A stretch of DNA of 60,957 nt from an uncultured virus (IMG/VR IMGVR_UViG_3300042691_048032) (IMGVR_UViG_3300042691_048032), one strand, 5' to 3'; numbered from the stretch's first letter, positions 10,157 to 21,906 are shown. A program made the numbers and translations. The notes: generated by a model not told the origin, from the letters alone.

Positions 10157-11566
10157 ATGACGATCGGGGCGACAACTAGGTTCGGTTTGACCACGTGGTC
10201 GTCGGGAGACGACGCCTTCGGGCGGGCGCAGTTCCAGCAGGCGAACCTCTCGATCGACAACCTCGCCGCCATCTTCAGGTCGGGGACGACCGCGGCGACC
10301 CCGGACCCCACGGAGCCGTCCCACCAGAAGACCTTCTGGTACGACACGACGACATCCGTCCTCTACTACAACGACGGTTCGACATGGAGGCCGGTTGACG
10401 ACAAGGCCATCTCCGGCGACGCATACACGGTCGTGGCCGGGAGCGTCTCGTCCCCCCAGGGCTCCTCGGCGAGGATCGCCCGCGCCGACCACAAGCACGC
10501 CGTGTCAACGGCCGCGGCGTCGACCATCAGCGGCTCCAACTCCGAGGGAACATCGTCCTCGCTCGCAAGGGCCGACCACAACCACAACATCGCCGCTGGG
10601 ACGGTGAGCGCAACAATGCTCGCCGGCAACATCGGCAAGGCCCTGCTGGCGACCGACGTCGTGAAGGCGAACGGCGGGCTGTCCTTCGACACCACCAACG
10701 GGCTGTCCGTGAACACGGGGGCAACGATAGAGCTGTCGTCGAACGCCCTCATCGTCAAGGCGAACACCATCGACCAGACGCACCTGACGGCGAGCGTCGC
10801 CGGAAACGGACTTGCCGGCGGTAACGGCACAGCCCTGTCGGTAAACACCGACGGCACGACGCTCGAGATCAACTCCGACTCCCTCAGGGTGAAGGACTCC
10901 GGGGTGGGCAAGGCCAAGCTGAACTCCGACGTCGTCAAGGCCAACGGCGGCCTCGTCTTCGCCGCCCTCGACGGCCTGTCCGTCAACACCGACGGGACGA
11001 CGGTGGAACTCTCGGCGGGCGGTGCGGTCAGGGTGAAGGACTCCGGCGTCGGCAAGGCGAAGCTCAACTCGGACGTCGTCAAGTCGCTCGGAGGCCTAAC
11101 CTTCTCGAGCGGCGACGGGCTGTCGGTGAACACATCGGCAACGGTCGGCCTATCCTCCGGCAACCTCATCGTCAACACGGGCAGCATCGGGCCGACGCAC
11201 CTCACCGCCGGAGTGGCCGGCAACGGCATCACCGGCGGCGCCGGGACCGCCCTCGCCGTCGTCCCCGACCCCAACGGCGTGGCCACGGGGGTGGCCAGCA
11301 TCTCGGTCGGCGCCTCCGGCGTAAAGGTCAACGGCGGCATCGTGTTCACCTCGGCCGGCACCCCGAGCGCCTCTTACCCCGACGGGAACATGAGCGTGGA
11401 CACCACGAACCACCTCCTCTACTACCGCTCGGGGTCCGCGTGGAGGAACGCCCTATGGGCCGCTGGCACCGTCAACAGTGCGCCTTCGGCCAAGGGGGTG
11501 TGGGTCTCCAACGGGACGGCCCCCACGACGCAGGGTTCGGTCGGCGACATCTGGATCACCTACTAA
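10157..11566 (+). CDS. Tail fibre protein with internal repeats
   Basis: GGAGG RBS. Repeated 'ARADHxH' and 'VKDSGVGKAKLNSDVVK..GGL..GLSVNT' units; Gly/Ser/Thr-rich. Confidence 0.7.
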   Translation: MTIGATTRFGLTTWSSGDDAFGRAQFQQANLSIDNLAAIFRSGTTAATPDPTEPSHQKTFWYDTTTSVLYYNDGSTWRPVDDKAISGDAYTVVAGSVSSPQGSSARIARADHKHAVSTAAASTISGSNSEGTSSSLARADHNHNIAAGTVSATMLAGNIGKALLATDVVKANGGLSFDTTNGLSVNTGATIELSSNALIVKANTIDQTHLTASVAGNGLAGGNGTALSVNTDGTTLEINSDSLRVKDSGVGKAKLNSDVVKANGGLVFAALDGLSVNTDGTTVELSAGGAVRVKDSGVGKAKLNSDVVKSLGGLTFSSGDGLSVNTSATVGLSSGNLIVNTGSIGPTHLTAGVAGNGITGGAGTALAVVPDPNGVATGVASISVGASGVKVNGGIVFTSAGTPSASYPDGNMSVDTTNHLLYYRSGSAWRNALWAAGTVNSAPSAKGVWVSNGTAPTTQGSVGDIWITY

Positions 11567-11575
11567 GGTCCGCCA

Positions 11576-13369
11576 ATGGCCGTCTATGTGAAGACCGCGG
11601 GCGGGTGGACCGAGGTCACCAACACCGCCCCCAACATCAGGGTCAAGACGGGTGCGTCCACATGGACGGAGGCATCCATCGTCTATGTGAAGAACGCATC
11701 CGGGTGGCAGGTCGTATGGGACAACGCCGCGACCCCTCCCCTCTATTCCTCGTCGTCAACCGCCGCCGCCGGCGCAGGCTCGCCGGACAAGTCGAGCTAC
11801 ACGCTGAACTGGACGCAGCCGACCGTGTACAGCTTCAACAGGTACGAGTTCACCAGCGACGGTGGCACGACGTGGGGAAGCCCCAGCACCAACGCCGCGC
11901 TCAGGGCCTACACGTGGACGAACCTCGACTCGTCCACCTCCTACACGTTCGGCGTCAGGGTCGTCACCAACAGCGGGCGCACGGGCGAGCTCCTCAGGAC
12001 GGACACGACGGCGAACGGCAACCCCCAGCCCGTCACGTCGCTGTCCTCCTCGGGCATCACCCCGACGCAGGCGGACATCTCGTGGACGGCGTCGACGTCC
12101 ACCGACCTGGCCGCGTCAAACAGGTACGAGATCTGGGCATCCGGGGCGACCTCGGCGACATTCTCCCAGAACGGCACGTCGAAGACGATCACGGGGCTGA
12201 CGCAGAACACCTCCTACACCTACACGGTGTACGCCGTCGACTCGGGCGGGCTCAAGTCAAGCGGGGTCTCCGTCACGTTCACGACGACGAACGCGAACCC
12301 GCCCGCGCCCACCGTCTCGGGCCTCAGCAAGCAGGACGACGGCACGAGCAGGACGACGACGGCGGCCGTCCAGAAGGGGTTGACTTTCTCGGTCTCCTAC
12401 AGCGGGGAGGCCGTCTCCGCCGTGGCGGAGCTCAGGAACTCGGCGAACACGCAGACGCTCCAGACGGTGACCCTGTACGGCACGGGCAACAGGCAGACCT
12501 CGATCAACCAGAACGTCTCGTTCACCGGCCTCTCCGAGAGCACCTCCTACATCTGCAGGGTCGTGGTGACGGACGCCAACTCCGGCAGCACCACGACCGA
12601 TTCGGCCGCCTACACGACGAACGCGGCCTACGAGTACGAGAGGACGGCATCCGACAACTGGACCGTCGCCGACGTCCCCCTGACGCAGGACCGCGGCCCG
12701 AGCGCCCTCGCCATGAGGGCATCATCAAGCGTTTCGGGGCGCAGCGCCAACTCGGTGTTCTCCCCCAACGGCGGCTGGGTGTCGGGGTCCAACACGGCCT
12801 CCGAGTCCGGGACCTCCTACGAGTACATCGCGTGGCCGTTCGACTGGTCGTGGTCGGGCGTGGACAGGTACATCACCTACTACACGAGGCCGGCGGGCGG
12901 GAGCCTGGTGACGAACACGGTTCAGAACAGGTTCATCTGCGGCTTCCGCTACAGCATCTGGGTGAACGCGTCCATCAAGGACATCAAGATGTACGTCTCC
13001 CTGGGCAGGGGCTACACGACGAGCGTCAACGCCACCGATTGGAGCAACAACGGGGCGGTCCTCGGGACGATCCCGTACGGGGGCGGCAACGGGTACAACA
13101 CCGCCTACACCTACTACGCCCAGAACAACTCGACGGGCGACGGCGGGGGCGACCCGAACGAGATCGACCACCTCCCGTCCGCGTACTTCTTCCCCACCCA
13201 GGCGTACGAGTGGGAGGGGTCCGGCCTCCTCATCAAGTTCACCGGCACGAGGCTGAGTACGCATACCGGGGGGTACTCGTACTCCACCGGGTTCAGGCAG
13301 ACCTGCACGGGCATGGCGGTCAAGATGCTCTACAGGAGTTCCGTGACGGAGACGCCCTACTACCGCTGA
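11576..13369 (+). CDS. Fibronectin type III domain tail protein
   Basis: Repeated Fn3 signatures (WT..Y..LxxxTSYxxxV: 'NLDSSTSYTFGVR', 'GLTQNTSYTYTV', 'GLSESTSYICRV'). Confidence 0.75.
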   Translation: MAVYVKTAGGWTEVTNTAPNIRVKTGASTWTEASIVYVKNASGWQVVWDNAATPPLYSSSSTAAAGAGSPDKSSYTLNWTQPTVYSFNRYEFTSDGGTTWGSPSTNAALRAYTWTNLDSSTSYTFGVRVVTNSGRTGELLRTDTTANGNPQPVTSLSSSGITPTQADISWTASTSTDLAASNRYEIWASGATSATFSQNGTSKTITGLTQNTSYTYTVYAVDSGGLKSSGVSVTFTTTNANPPAPTVSGLSKQDDGTSRTTTAAVQKGLTFSVSYSGEAVSAVAELRNSANTQTLQTVTLYGTGNRQTSINQNVSFTGLSESTSYICRVVVTDANSGSTTTDSAAYTTNAAYEYERTASDNWTVADVPLTQDRGPSALAMRASSSVSGRSANSVFSPNGGWVSGSNTASESGTSYEYIAWPFDWSWSGVDRYITYYTRPAGGSLVTNTVQNRFICGFRYSIWVNASIKDIKMYVSLGRGYTTSVNATDWSNNGAVLGTIPYGGGNGYNTAYTYYAQNNSTGDGGGDPNEIDHLPSAYFFPTQAYEWEGSGLLIKFTGTRLSTHTGGYSYSTGFRQTCTGMAVKMLYRSSVTETPYYR

Positions 13370-13412
13370 CGTCTAGGGTTTCCCGGCAGGGGTGGCGTGT
13401 AGTGTCTCCTCG

Positions 13413-13796
13413 ATGTCCCCGGAAGCAGCCTCAGGAGTAACAGCCGTAGTCGTGGCCCTGATCTCGGGGCTTTTCGTCTGGCACACCCAGAAGGACGGCA
13501 ACAAAGTGTCGAAGATCAACGCCGTCATGGACGCATACGACTCAATCGTCAAGAACCTGCAGGCCGAGGTCGACAGGATGAAGCACGACATGGACGACAT
13601 GAGGTCGGCCATGGAGGAGTGCGAGAGGCGCAACCAAGCCCTCGGAGCAGAGATCGCTAGCCTCAAGCAACAGGTCGAGAGCCTCGGCGGAAAGCCCGCC
13701 TCGGAGTCGGTCGCCGCGAAGAAGCCGGCCCGCAAGGCCCCGGCGGCCAAGAAGACCCCCGCAACGAGGACTGCCAGGAAGACGAAGGGGGCCTGA
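13413..13796 (+). CDS. Membrane-anchored coiled-coil protein with Lys/Ala-rich tail
   Basis: N-terminal TM segment, heptad region and AKKPARKAPAAKK tail. ATG 7 nt after TAGTGT suggests a leaderless start. Confidence 0.55.
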   Translation: MSPEAASGVTAVVVALISGLFVWHTQKDGNKVSKINAVMDAYDSIVKNLQAEVDRMKHDMDDMRSAMEECERRNQALGAEIASLKQQVESLGGKPASESVAAKKPARKAPAAKKTPATRTARKTKGA

Positions 13797-13797
13797 C

Positions 13798-14013
13798 GTG
13801 GTCGGTGACGGCGACGACGAGGCCGTCATCCGGGAAGCCATGTCGGCACTATCCCCGGAGGGCGGGGTCGTCACCCACTGGGTGATGGTCATGGAGGTCT
13901 TCACCGACGAGGACAGGGATCTCCACGTCGCAACCTCGCAGGGGATGACGCCGTGGATGATGATGGGGATGCTCGAGGCCGCCAAGGAGATGACGCTGCC
14001 GGAAGAGGAATGA
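13798..14013 (+). CDS. Hypothetical protein
   Basis: 71-aa ORF with phage-like codon use. Confidence 0.55.
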   Translation: MVGDGDDEAVIREAMSALSPEGGVVTHWVMVMEVFTDEDRDLHVATSQGMTPWMMMGMLEAAKEMTLPEEE

Positions 14014-14075
14014 CCTGCTACCGTACCCGTGTTGCGCAACGCCTATGATTGCCATGTCAATCGGGAGGTAATCTG

Positions 14076-14441
14076 GTGATCGCCGGCATCTACAACATCA
14101 CCTGCGACCAGGGGAGCACGTTCGAGCGCGTGTTCAGGGTTACCTATCAGGACGACATCGACCCCAACCTGTACCACCCCTACGACTTCTCGGGGTACAC
14201 GGCGAGGATGCACATCCGCCGGGACGTTTCCGCCACCTCGACGCTCGCCATCCTCACGACCGAGAACGGCTCGATCTCCATCGACGGCCCCGAGGGGGTC
14301 GTCACCATCTCCATGACCGCCTCCCAGACGGCGGCGATCGAGCGTTCGGGCGTCTACGACATCGAGCTGATCGCCCCCAACCTCAGCGTCCAGAAGATCG
14401 TCCGCGGGGACTTCAACCTCAACCTGGAGGTGACGAGGTGA
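14076..14441 (+). CDS. Virion structural protein (BppU-like Ig fold)
   Basis: GGGAGG RBS before GTG 14076. Motifs 'YNITCDQGSTF..DFSGYTARMHIR..GVYDIEL'. Confidence 0.6.
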   Translation: MIAGIYNITCDQGSTFERVFRVTYQDDIDPNLYHPYDFSGYTARMHIRRDVSATSTLAILTTENGSISIDGPEGVVTISMTASQTAAIERSGVYDIELIAPNLSVQKIVRGDFNLNLEVTR

Positions 14442-15046
14442 GCGAGACGAGGATCGTCGTCGGGCAGGAGGTAAGCAACGTCTACATCTCCGCCGACACG
14501 ACCAACCTCGTCGAGGTCACCGATTCCTCGCAGAACCTCGTCGTCGTTTCCCAAGAGTTGCAGAACGTCATCAACGTCGTCACCCGGGGGATGCAGGGTC
14601 CGGCGGGCACGCAGATCATCGACGGGGAGGGTGCGCCGTCCAACTCGATCGGCAGGATCGGCGACTACTTCTTCGACAGACCGAACGGGAGGCTGTACGG
14701 CCCCAAGACGGCCCTCGGGTGGGGCAACACCTACATCCAACTGGCCGCGTACCTGGCCCTCAACGACCTCACGGACGTGCAGTCGGCCGGGGCGGCCGAC
14801 CAGGACGTCCTCATGTACAGGGACGCGACCGACACGTGGGTCAACCAGCGGATAAGGTACAGGCACGAACAGCCCGTCCCGTCCGACGAGTGGACGGTGA
14901 ACCACGGTCTCAACACCAAGCCCGCCGCCGTGTCGGTGTTCGACACCTCCCAGGAGATGGTGTTCGGCGAGGTTGACCACGTGAACGAATCGCAGCTCAT
15001 CCTCAGGTTCAGCGCGGCCTTCGCGGGGGTGGCGTACCTGACATGA
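14438..15046 (+). CDS. Tail fibre-associated protein
   Basis: '[23 protein letters not shown]' and '[23 protein letters not shown]'. Confidence 0.6.
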   Translation: MSETRIVVGQEVSNVYISADTTNLVEVTDSSQNLVVVSQELQNVINVVTRGMQGPAGTQIIDGEGAPSNSIGRIGDYFFDRPNGRLYGPKTALGWGNTYIQLAAYLALNDLTDVQSAGAADQDVLMYRDATDTWVNQRIRYRHEQPVPSDEWTVNHGLNTKPAAVSVFDTSQEMVFGEVDHVNESQLILRFSAAFAGVAYLT

Positions 15047-18000
15047 GCGTCAAGCACCTATCCCTCATCAACGCCTCAGGGCTGTCCGTCCACGGCGTCG
15101 AGATCGACCCGTACGGCGCGACGACGGGGCAGATCCTCAGGTACAACGGGACGAAGTTCGTCCCGGCGCAGAGCATCGACGGGGTCGTCATCACGTCGGC
15201 GCACGACGGGCAGATCCTCATCTACAACGGCACGAACTGGGTCAACGGCTCCTACCCGACGAACGAGCCGACCGGCCACGAGGACGCCACCCAGAGCACG
15301 CTCGACTTCGACACGGGCACGCGCATCTTCACCATCGCCCCAGCGTCGACCTCTCACGCCGTGTGGTGCAACGGCAAGCGGTACGTAAAGACGACGGCCG
15401 AGACCGTCACCCTCCCGAACCAGTCGGATCTCTACTTCGTCTACTACAACTCGTCGGGATCGCTCGCCTACTCGACGACGTTCTTCGACCTCCAGACGCA
15501 GGCCCCGGTCGCCTACATCTACTGGAACTCCACGGACGGGGCCGACCACTTCTTCGCCGACGAGCGCCACGGCATCACCATGGACTGGGCGACGCACGAG
15601 TACCTCCACAGGACCAGGGGGGCGGCGATCGCCGGCGGCTTCGGGGTCAACAACTACACGACCACGGGCAACGGCTCGCTGGACGCCCACGCCAAGATCG
15701 ACATCGCTAACGGCGTCTTCTTCGACGAGGACAAGAAGATCGAGATCACCCACTCGGCCTCGCCGGTGTACCACTCGTTCCAGCAGGTGCTCCAAGGCGG
15801 GGCGGAGATACCGATCTTCTACCGCACCAACAGCCACTACAGGAGGGACGCCGCCACCAAGTTCCCGATGAAGCAGGGCACGGCGAGGGTCACCTACAAC
15901 AACTACAGCGGCGGGTTGTGGTCCACCCCAGACATCGACAACAACAAGTTCGGCGTCACCTTCGTCGTCGCCACGAACGACGTCCACGCCCCCGTGATCG
16001 GCATGCTCGGCCAGGCCCAGTACACCGACCAGGGGTCGGCGGAGGCGGCGAGGTGGGAGGACATGGTCCTCGACGACTTCCCGGTCTACGAGTTCCGCCC
16101 CCTCTACAAGATCGTCTACCAGACGGCCAACGCCTACGCGAACACGCCCCACGCCAGGATCACCGCGGTCGTCGACATGCGTGTCGCCCTCACGCCCGGC
16201 GGCTCCGTCCCGGCGACCCCGGTGACAGACCACGGCTCCATGACCGGCCTGTCCGACGACGACCACACGCAGTACCTCACCGATGCGAGGCACGACGCCC
16301 TAGATCACAGCACCGCGCTCGGGTCCGCCGTCCTCGACGACCTCGGCGACGTGTCCGTCCCGTCCCCGTCGTCCATGGACGTCCTCCAGTGGAACGGCAC
16401 GGCGTGGGTCGGTTCGCAGGTCGTCGGGCCACAAGGTGCACAGGGCACCCAGGGACCCCAGGGGCCACAGGGCGACACCGGCGCACAGGGCGCACAGGGA
16501 GCTGTGGGCGCACAGGGAACGACCGGACCGCAGGGCGCGCAAGGCGGGGCTGGACCCCAGGGCGCACAGGGTCCGGAGGGCTCGGCCGGCACTCAGGGAC
16601 CGCAGGGCTCGCAGGGCGCGACGGGCAGCGAAGGCGCACAGGGCCCGACCGGACCACAGGGACCACAGGGGGACGTGGGGCCACAGGGGGTTCAGGGAGC
16701 GCAGGGTCCCACGGGTCCCCAAGGGTCGGTCGGACCCCAGGGGTCCCAAGGCGCCACCGGGCCACAGGGCGAACAGGGTGCGCAAGGTGTTCCCGGACCG
16801 CAGGGAGAACCTGGCCCCCAAGGAGCACAAGGCGCGACCGGCAGCACCGGCCCGCAGGGACCCCAGGGTTCGGAGGGTCCACAAGGACCGCAGGGCGACA
16901 TCGGCGTGCAGGGTCCGCAGGGACCGCAGGGCGATACCGGCGCACAGGGTCCGCAGGGTGCGCAGGGCGCACAAGGGGCGACCGGGCCACAGGGGGTCGA
17001 GGGACCGCAGGGCGCCGAGGGCGCACAAGGACCGTCGGGTCCGCAGGGCGGTGCTGGCCCACAGGGGCCGCAGGGCGACGTCGGGCCCCAGGGACCGCAT
17101 GGCTCGACTGGCGCACAGGGGGCGACGGGATCGCAGGGTGCCGAGGGACCGCAGGGTGCGGTGGGGCCACAGGGCGCCACGGGTCCCCAGGGTCCGCAAG
17201 GCTCGACCGGCCCGCAGGGTTCGGTCGGACCACAGGGCGAGGTCGGCCCGCAGGGCGCGACCGGACCGCAGGGGTCGGTCGGACCACAGGGTGACACGGG
17301 ACCGCAGGGGTCAACCGGACCGCAGGGTGCGACGGGAGCGCAGGGACCGCAGGGGGCCGCCGGCCAGTCCTCGAGCTTCTACAAGTACAAGGTGACGACG
17401 GGCTCGACGAGCGGCAACCCCGGCACGTCGTACATCTCGTACAACAACTCCTCGCAGACGTCGGCAACACAACTGCAGGTGAACCACATCGACCTCGACG
17501 GTTACGACATCGACCTGTTCCTCGGCGTCATCTCCACCGGCGATGTCGTCTACATCCAGGACGCCGGCAACTCGAACAACTATCAGAAGTTCATCGCAAC
17601 GGGGACTGTTACCGACCACGGGAACTCGTGGGTCGACATCCCTGTGTCGCACGACTCCTCGGGCGGTAGCGGCCTCTCTGGATTCGCCAACGACCTCGGC
17701 GTTCTCCTCGTCATCGCCAACATCGGCCCGCAGGGTCCGCAGGGAGCCGCCGGGTCAAACGGCGCACAGGGCGCTACGGGGGCGCAAGGGGCGACGGGTG
17801 CCCAGGGTCCCCAAGGGGCCACCGGCGACACCGGACCCCAAGGTGCGGTCGGCCCGCAGGGTGCGGTCGGCCCGCAGGGATCACAGGGCGGGGACGGAGC
17901 ACAGGGGTCGACCGGCCCACAGGGCGCGACGGGGCCACAAGGGGCGGAAGGCCCACAGGGCGCGACGGGGTCACAAGGGGCGGAAGGCCCACAGGGCGAT

Positions 18001-19572
18001 ACTGGCCCGCAGGGTTCGGTTGGCCCGCAGGGCGATGTCGGCCCACAAGGCGCGACTGGTCCACAAGGCGCGACAGGGCCGCAGGGCGCGACGGGGCCAC
18101 AGGGGGATGTCGGCGCACAGGGTGCCACCGGTGCGCAGGGCGCGACGGGACCGCAGGGGGCAACGGGGGCGCAGGGGGCAACGGGGGCGCAGGGACCGCA
18201 GGGGACGACAGGCCCCCAGGGGGACACCGGCCCCCAGGGCGCGACGGGTGCGACGGGAGCCCAGGGGTCGCAGGGACCCTCCGGGCCACAGGGTGCGACG
18301 GGCCCGCAAGGACCGCAGGGCGCAACGGGGCCCCAAGGCGCCACGGGCGCACAAGGCGCACAAGGCGCACAAGGCGGCACCGGGCCACAGGGCGCGACCG
18401 GGCCACAGGGTGCGACGGGTCCCCAGGGCGCGACCGGCGCCCAGGGCGCGACTGGCCCCCAGGGCGCAACCGGCGCAACGGGTTCGCAGGGTCCGCAGGG
18501 TTCCCAGGGCGCAACCGGGGCGACGGGCTCGCAGGGTCCGCAGGGCGCACAGGGGCCAAGCGGCCCGACGGGGACCCTCGACGCCCTGTCCGACGTGACG
18601 GCCCCGTCGCCATCGCCGACGGACTTCCTGATGTGGAACGGAACCGCATGGGTGAACGAGGCGATCAGCCTCGGCACGGACACCACCGGCAACTATGTAT
18701 CCGGCGTCTCCGCCGGGACCGGCATCAGCGTCTCGCACACCCCCGCCGAGGGTTCCACGGCGACCGTCTCGGTTGACACCACCTACTCCGGCTTCGCCCC
18801 CGTCGGTGCGATGCTGCCGTGGGCCGGTGGCGCCAACACGACGGCCACGTACACGAACTCGGACGTGCCGTCGGGGTGGTTGTTGTGCGACGGCCAGGCC
18901 GTTTCCAGGACAGGCACCTACGCCGCCCTGTTCGCCGTCATCGGGATCCGCTACGGGCAGGGCGATGGCAGCACGACGTTCAACCTGCCGAACCTCATGG
19001 GGCAGATCCCCGTCGGCAGCAAGACCGCGAACGCGGCGACGAACAACGTTCGCGTCACCTCGGTCTCCATCTCCACGGCGAACAGCACGGCGAACCACGC
19101 CCACTCGATGAACGCATCGAGCATAACGAACGCAAACGCCGTGGCCGACCACGCCCACAGCATGAACGCCTCGAACGTGACCATCACGGCAGACCAGGGC
19201 GGGCACACCCACTACACGGCCGGCAACATCACGATTGTCGCCGCCAACGACGACCACGTGCACCCGTACTTCAAGCCCAACTCCGGCGTGAACGGATACA
19301 ACACCGGTACTGCCACCGTCTTCAGCCACACGCACAACTCGGGCTGGAACTCGTTGAACGCACAGGGCGGCAACGTGACCGCCCTCTCGTCGACGCACAA
19401 CCACTTAGCGTCGGTCTCCGTCGGTACGCCGGTGGCGACCTCGGGCAACGCGACGCTACACTCGCACACGAACACGATAAGCATCGGTACGCCGGTGGCG
19501 ACGTCCGGGAACGACACCGCCCACTCACACACCACGGCGGGACAGAACGTCGTGTGGATTATCAGGTTCTGA
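15043..19572 (+). CDS. Collagen-like long tail fibre with tail-collar domain and HxH-rich tip
   Basis: Two G-X-Y blocks; tail collar '[37 protein letters not shown]'; eight HxH motifs at the C-terminus. Confidence 0.85.
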   Translation: MSVKHLSLINASGLSVHGVEIDPYGATTGQILRYNGTKFVPAQSIDGVVITSAHDGQILIYNGTNWVNGSYPTNEPTGHEDATQSTLDFDTGTRIFTIAPASTSHAVWCNGKRYVKTTAETVTLPNQSDLYFVYYNSSGSLAYSTTFFDLQTQAPVAYIYWNSTDGADHFFADERHGITMDWATHEYLHRTRGAAIAGGFGVNNYTTTGNGSLDAHAKIDIANGVFFDEDKKIEITHSASPVYHSFQQVLQGGAEIPIFYRTNSHYRRDAATKFPMKQGTARVTYNNYSGGLWSTPDIDNNKFGVTFVVATNDVHAPVIGMLGQAQYTDQGSAEAARWEDMVLDDFPVYEFRPLYKIVYQTANAYANTPHARITAVVDMRVALTPGGSVPATPVTDHGSMTGLSDDDHTQYLTDARHDALDHSTALGSAVLDDLGDVSVPSPSSMDVLQWNGTAWVGSQVVGPQGAQGTQGPQGPQGDTGAQGAQGAVGAQGTTGPQGAQGGAGPQGAQGPEGSAGTQGPQGSQGATGSEGAQGPTGPQGPQGDVGPQGVQGAQGPTGPQGSVGPQGSQGATGPQGEQGAQGVPGPQGEPGPQGAQGATGSTGPQGPQGSEGPQGPQGDIGVQGPQGPQGDTGAQGPQGAQGAQGATGPQGVEGPQGAEGAQGPSGPQGGAGPQGPQGDVGPQGPHGSTGAQGATGSQGAEGPQGAVGPQGATGPQGPQGSTGPQGSVGPQGEVGPQGATGPQGSVGPQGDTGPQGSTGPQGATGAQGPQGAAGQSSSFYKYKVTTGSTSGNPGTSYISYNNSSQTSATQLQVNHIDLDGYDIDLFLGVISTGDVVYIQDAGNSNNYQKFIATGTVTDHGNSWVDIPVSHDSSGGSGLSGFANDLGVLLVIANIGPQGPQGAAGSNGAQGATGAQGATGAQGPQGATGDTGPQGAVGPQGAVGPQGSQGGDGAQGSTGPQGATGPQGAEGPQGATGSQGAEGPQGDTGPQGSVGPQGDVGPQGATGPQGATGPQGATGPQGDVGAQGATGAQGATGPQGATGAQGATGAQGPQGTTGPQGDTGPQGATGATGAQGSQGPSGPQGATGPQGPQGATGPQGATGAQGAQGAQGGTGPQGATGPQGATGPQGATGAQGATGPQGATGATGSQGPQGSQGATGATGSQGPQGAQGPSGPTGTLDALSDVTAPSPSPTDFLMWNGTAWVNEAISLGTDTTGNYVSGVSAGTGISVSHTPAEGSTATVSVDTTYSGFAPVGAMLPWAGGANTTATYTNSDVPSGWLLCDGQAVSRTGTYAALFAVIGIRYGQGDGSTTFNLPNLMGQIPVGSKTANAATNNVRVTSVSISTANSTANHAHSMNASSITNANAVADHAHSMNASNVTITADQGGHTHYTAGNITIVAANDDHVHPYFKPNSGVNGYNTGTATVFSHTHNSGWNSLNAQGGNVTALSSTHNHLASVSVGTPVATSGNATLHSHTNTISIGTPVATSGNDTAHSHTTAGQNVVWIIRF
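16426..17370 (+). repeat. Collagen G-X-Y block 1 (~105 triplets)
   Basis: 9-nt periodic GGN-NNN-CAR pattern encoding GPQ/GAQ/GAT. Confidence 0.95.
17725..18579 (+). repeat. Collagen G-X-Y block 2 (~95 triplets)
   Basis: Same periodicity, dominated by GPQ/GAT. Confidence 0.95.
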
Positions 19573-19585
19573 CCAGGAGGGTTGG

Positions 19586-20287
19586 ATGAGGATCCAGGAC
19601 GCACCGAGGACCGACGGCATGGCCCCATTGCCCGGTTACTTCTACAAGAAACCAGGAGTCTCCGACCACTACGGGCTCTTCTCCTTCACGAGGATCATCA
19701 ACCCGTCGGAGGAGGACTTCTCGGAGGTCGCCAGCGAACAGAGGTGCGACACGATGTCGACCGTCGGCCCGACGGGGTTCCACCGGTGGGACGACGGGCG
19801 GGGCACGTGTTCGTGCGGGTCGGCGGACAGGCCGTACAGGTTGACGGGCCACCACCACATCACATTCCCCGAGTTGAAGGTGCTCGCCCCCGTAATCGAC
19901 GTTCGCCCGTACACGATCATCATGTACATGGAGCTGAAGAACCCCGCCGACGAGGTCGCCAGCATCGAGGGGCTGCACACGGAGCATTGCCGCACCCTCC
20001 AAGAACTGTTCAGGCTCATGTACGAGTGGAAGTACGCCCACGACATACTCGGCAGCAGGGAGGAGATGGCGAAGGTCTGCGCGGGGGCGATCAACATGCT
20101 CGACATACCTGCGGAGGTCCAGCGGTGGATCACCGAGGAGATGCCTCCCGAGAAGGTCGGGCGCTACCTAGCCGGCTCGACGGAGGCGAGGACAAGAAAC
20201 GAAGACATCCCGGACATCCCTGATCTGTTCGGCGAATGGTTGTACGGCAAGATCAGCACGACAAGGGGTATTGGGACCTATGGATAA
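19586..20287 (+). CDS. Hypothetical protein
   Basis: AGGAGG RBS; 233 aa with CSCG and His motifs. Confidence 0.6.
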   Translation: MRIQDAPRTDGMAPLPGYFYKKPGVSDHYGLFSFTRIINPSEEDFSEVASEQRCDTMSTVGPTGFHRWDDGRGTCSCGSADRPYRLTGHHHITFPELKVLAPVIDVRPYTIIMYMELKNPADEVASIEGLHTEHCRTLQELFRLMYEWKYAHDILGSREEMAKVCAGAINMLDIPAEVQRWITEEMPPEKVGRYLAGSTEARTRNEDIPDIPDLFGEWLYGKISTTRGIGTYG

Positions 20288-20993
20288 TGTCGGGTTCAGG
20301 TGGCTCGGCGGGCCGCAAACGGGGATTCTCGTCATTGACGGCCTCGTCGGGGAGGAGACCGTGGGCAGGCTGCTCGAGAAGATCGCACCGATCTACGCCA
20401 CGACGGCGAAACAGGGCAGGACGCTGGGCGGTCTCGACACGGCGACGAAGTACAGCATGGATCTCGGCCTGAGCGAGCACAACGCCGCCGAGAGCGGCTA
20501 CGAATGGGACGAGGAGTACGCCGACATAGAGCAGTCGTTGACCCTCTCGCTCACCATCGCGGTCAACTACTACAAGTCCAAGGTCAGGTCGTTGTACTCG
20601 TGGAACGACATCGAGGACACGGGGTTCAACATCCAGATGTACCCCGCCTACTTTGGCAGGTACGTCGAACACGTTGACTCGTCGCCGGCGGACACGAGGT
20701 CGATCTCGAGGGTCCTCGCGGCCCTCTTCTACCTGAACGACGTGGACCTGGGCGGGGAGACGTCTTTCCCGGATCACGGGCTTGAGGTGAAGCCGAGGGC
20801 CGGCAGGCTGGTCCTCTTCCCCGCCCTCTGGACGCACACCCACAAGGCGGAAGTACCGCTCTCGGGGGACAAGTGGATCATCAACACCTTCCTCGTCTCC
20901 GGCACGGCCATGAACATGGTGAGGCACTACGAGGCACGGGACGAACGACACCACCACCACGATCACGAGGCGCATCACGACCACCAGCACTAA
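20280..20993 (+). CDS. 2OG-Fe(II) oxygenase (prolyl-4-hydroxylase-like)
   Basis: HVD..FYLNDV..GGET.F..KP.AGRLVLFP..H..K pattern; His-rich tail. Confidence 0.85.
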   Translation: MDNVGFRWLGGPQTGILVIDGLVGEETVGRLLEKIAPIYATTAKQGRTLGGLDTATKYSMDLGLSEHNAAESGYEWDEEYADIEQSLTLSLTIAVNYYKSKVRSLYSWNDIEDTGFNIQMYPAYFGRYVEHVDSSPADTRSISRVLAALFYLNDVDLGGETSFPDHGLEVKPRAGRLVLFPALWTHTHKAEVPLSGDKWIINTFLVSGTAMNMVRHYEARDERHHHHDHEAHHDHQH

Positions 20994-21015
20994 CAAGAGG
21001 TGGTCTTTGTAGGAT

Positions 21016-21834
21016 GTGCCGATGATCTCAGTATGTACCCCTATCCACAACACCGACCCGGACATCCTCGCCAGAACATGGGCGAGCCTCAAGGCCCAAA
21101 CATTCACCGACTGGGAGTGGGTTGTTTGGGACGACAGCACCAACGGCGACGCGTGGAGACAGGTCTACGGCTTCTCGTCAGACGAGAGGTACAACATCGT
21201 CGCCCACCGCTCCCACGTCCACTGCGGGTCCATCGGGAGGGTGAAGCGCAGGGCGTTCATGGTGGCCGAGGGCTCAATCCTCGTCGAGCTTGACCACGAC
21301 GACGAACTCACCCCCGACTGCCTGCAGGCCGTCCACGATGCGTTCCTCGACCCCGTCGTCGGGTTCGTCTACTCGGACTGGTGCGAGATACTGCCGGACG
21401 GGCAGTCGGGGAAGTACCCGCCCGGCTGGGCGTTCGGGCACGGCTCGGAGTACTGGTCGGAGGAACACGGGGTCTGGGTCATGTCAGCCCCCGAGATCAA
21501 CCCGCAGACCATCAGGCACATCGTGTCCGCCCCCAACCACGTGAGGGCATGGAGGTCGTCCGTGTACGACGCCCTCGGCGGCCACGACCCGTCGCTCCCC
21601 GTGGCCGACGACTACGAACTTGTCGTCAGGACATTCCTGGCCACGAGGTTCTCCCACATCCCGAGGATGCTCTACAGGCAGCACATCGGCCCGTCTACCG
21701 CCCAGAGGGTCAGGAACGACCAGATACAGGTCCTCGTGGCCGACATCGCAGGCAGGTACGACGCGGCGATCACGGAGAGGTTCGCCCAAATCGAGGCGGG
21801 TTCGCCGACGCATCTCGTCAACGATACACGATGA
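21016..21834 (+). CDS. Glycosyltransferase family 2
   Basis: 'ISVCTPIHN', 'WEWVVWDDS', DxD 'LDHDD' and 'ADDYEL'. Confidence 0.9.
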   Translation: MPMISVCTPIHNTDPDILARTWASLKAQTFTDWEWVVWDDSTNGDAWRQVYGFSSDERYNIVAHRSHVHCGSIGRVKRRAFMVAEGSILVELDHDDELTPDCLQAVHDAFLDPVVGFVYSDWCEILPDGQSGKYPPGWAFGHGSEYWSEEHGVWVMSAPEINPQTIRHIVSAPNHVRAWRSSVYDALGGHDPSLPVADDYELVVRTFLATRFSHIPRMLYRQHIGPSTAQRVRNDQIQVLVADIAGRYDAAITERFAQIEAGSPTHLVNDTR

Positions 21835-21906
21835 CATTGTTGGTCTAGCCTTGTCACAAGGAACGCCCGAGGATAGGGCGTTTGCGGACTACGGAGACGG
21901 AAGAAC

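Noticed and set aside
16277..18692. Long antisense and alternate-frame ORFs (Cys/Pro- or Arg-rich) over the collagen region
   Set aside because: These are shadows of the 9-nt G-X-Y periodicity in high-GC DNA.
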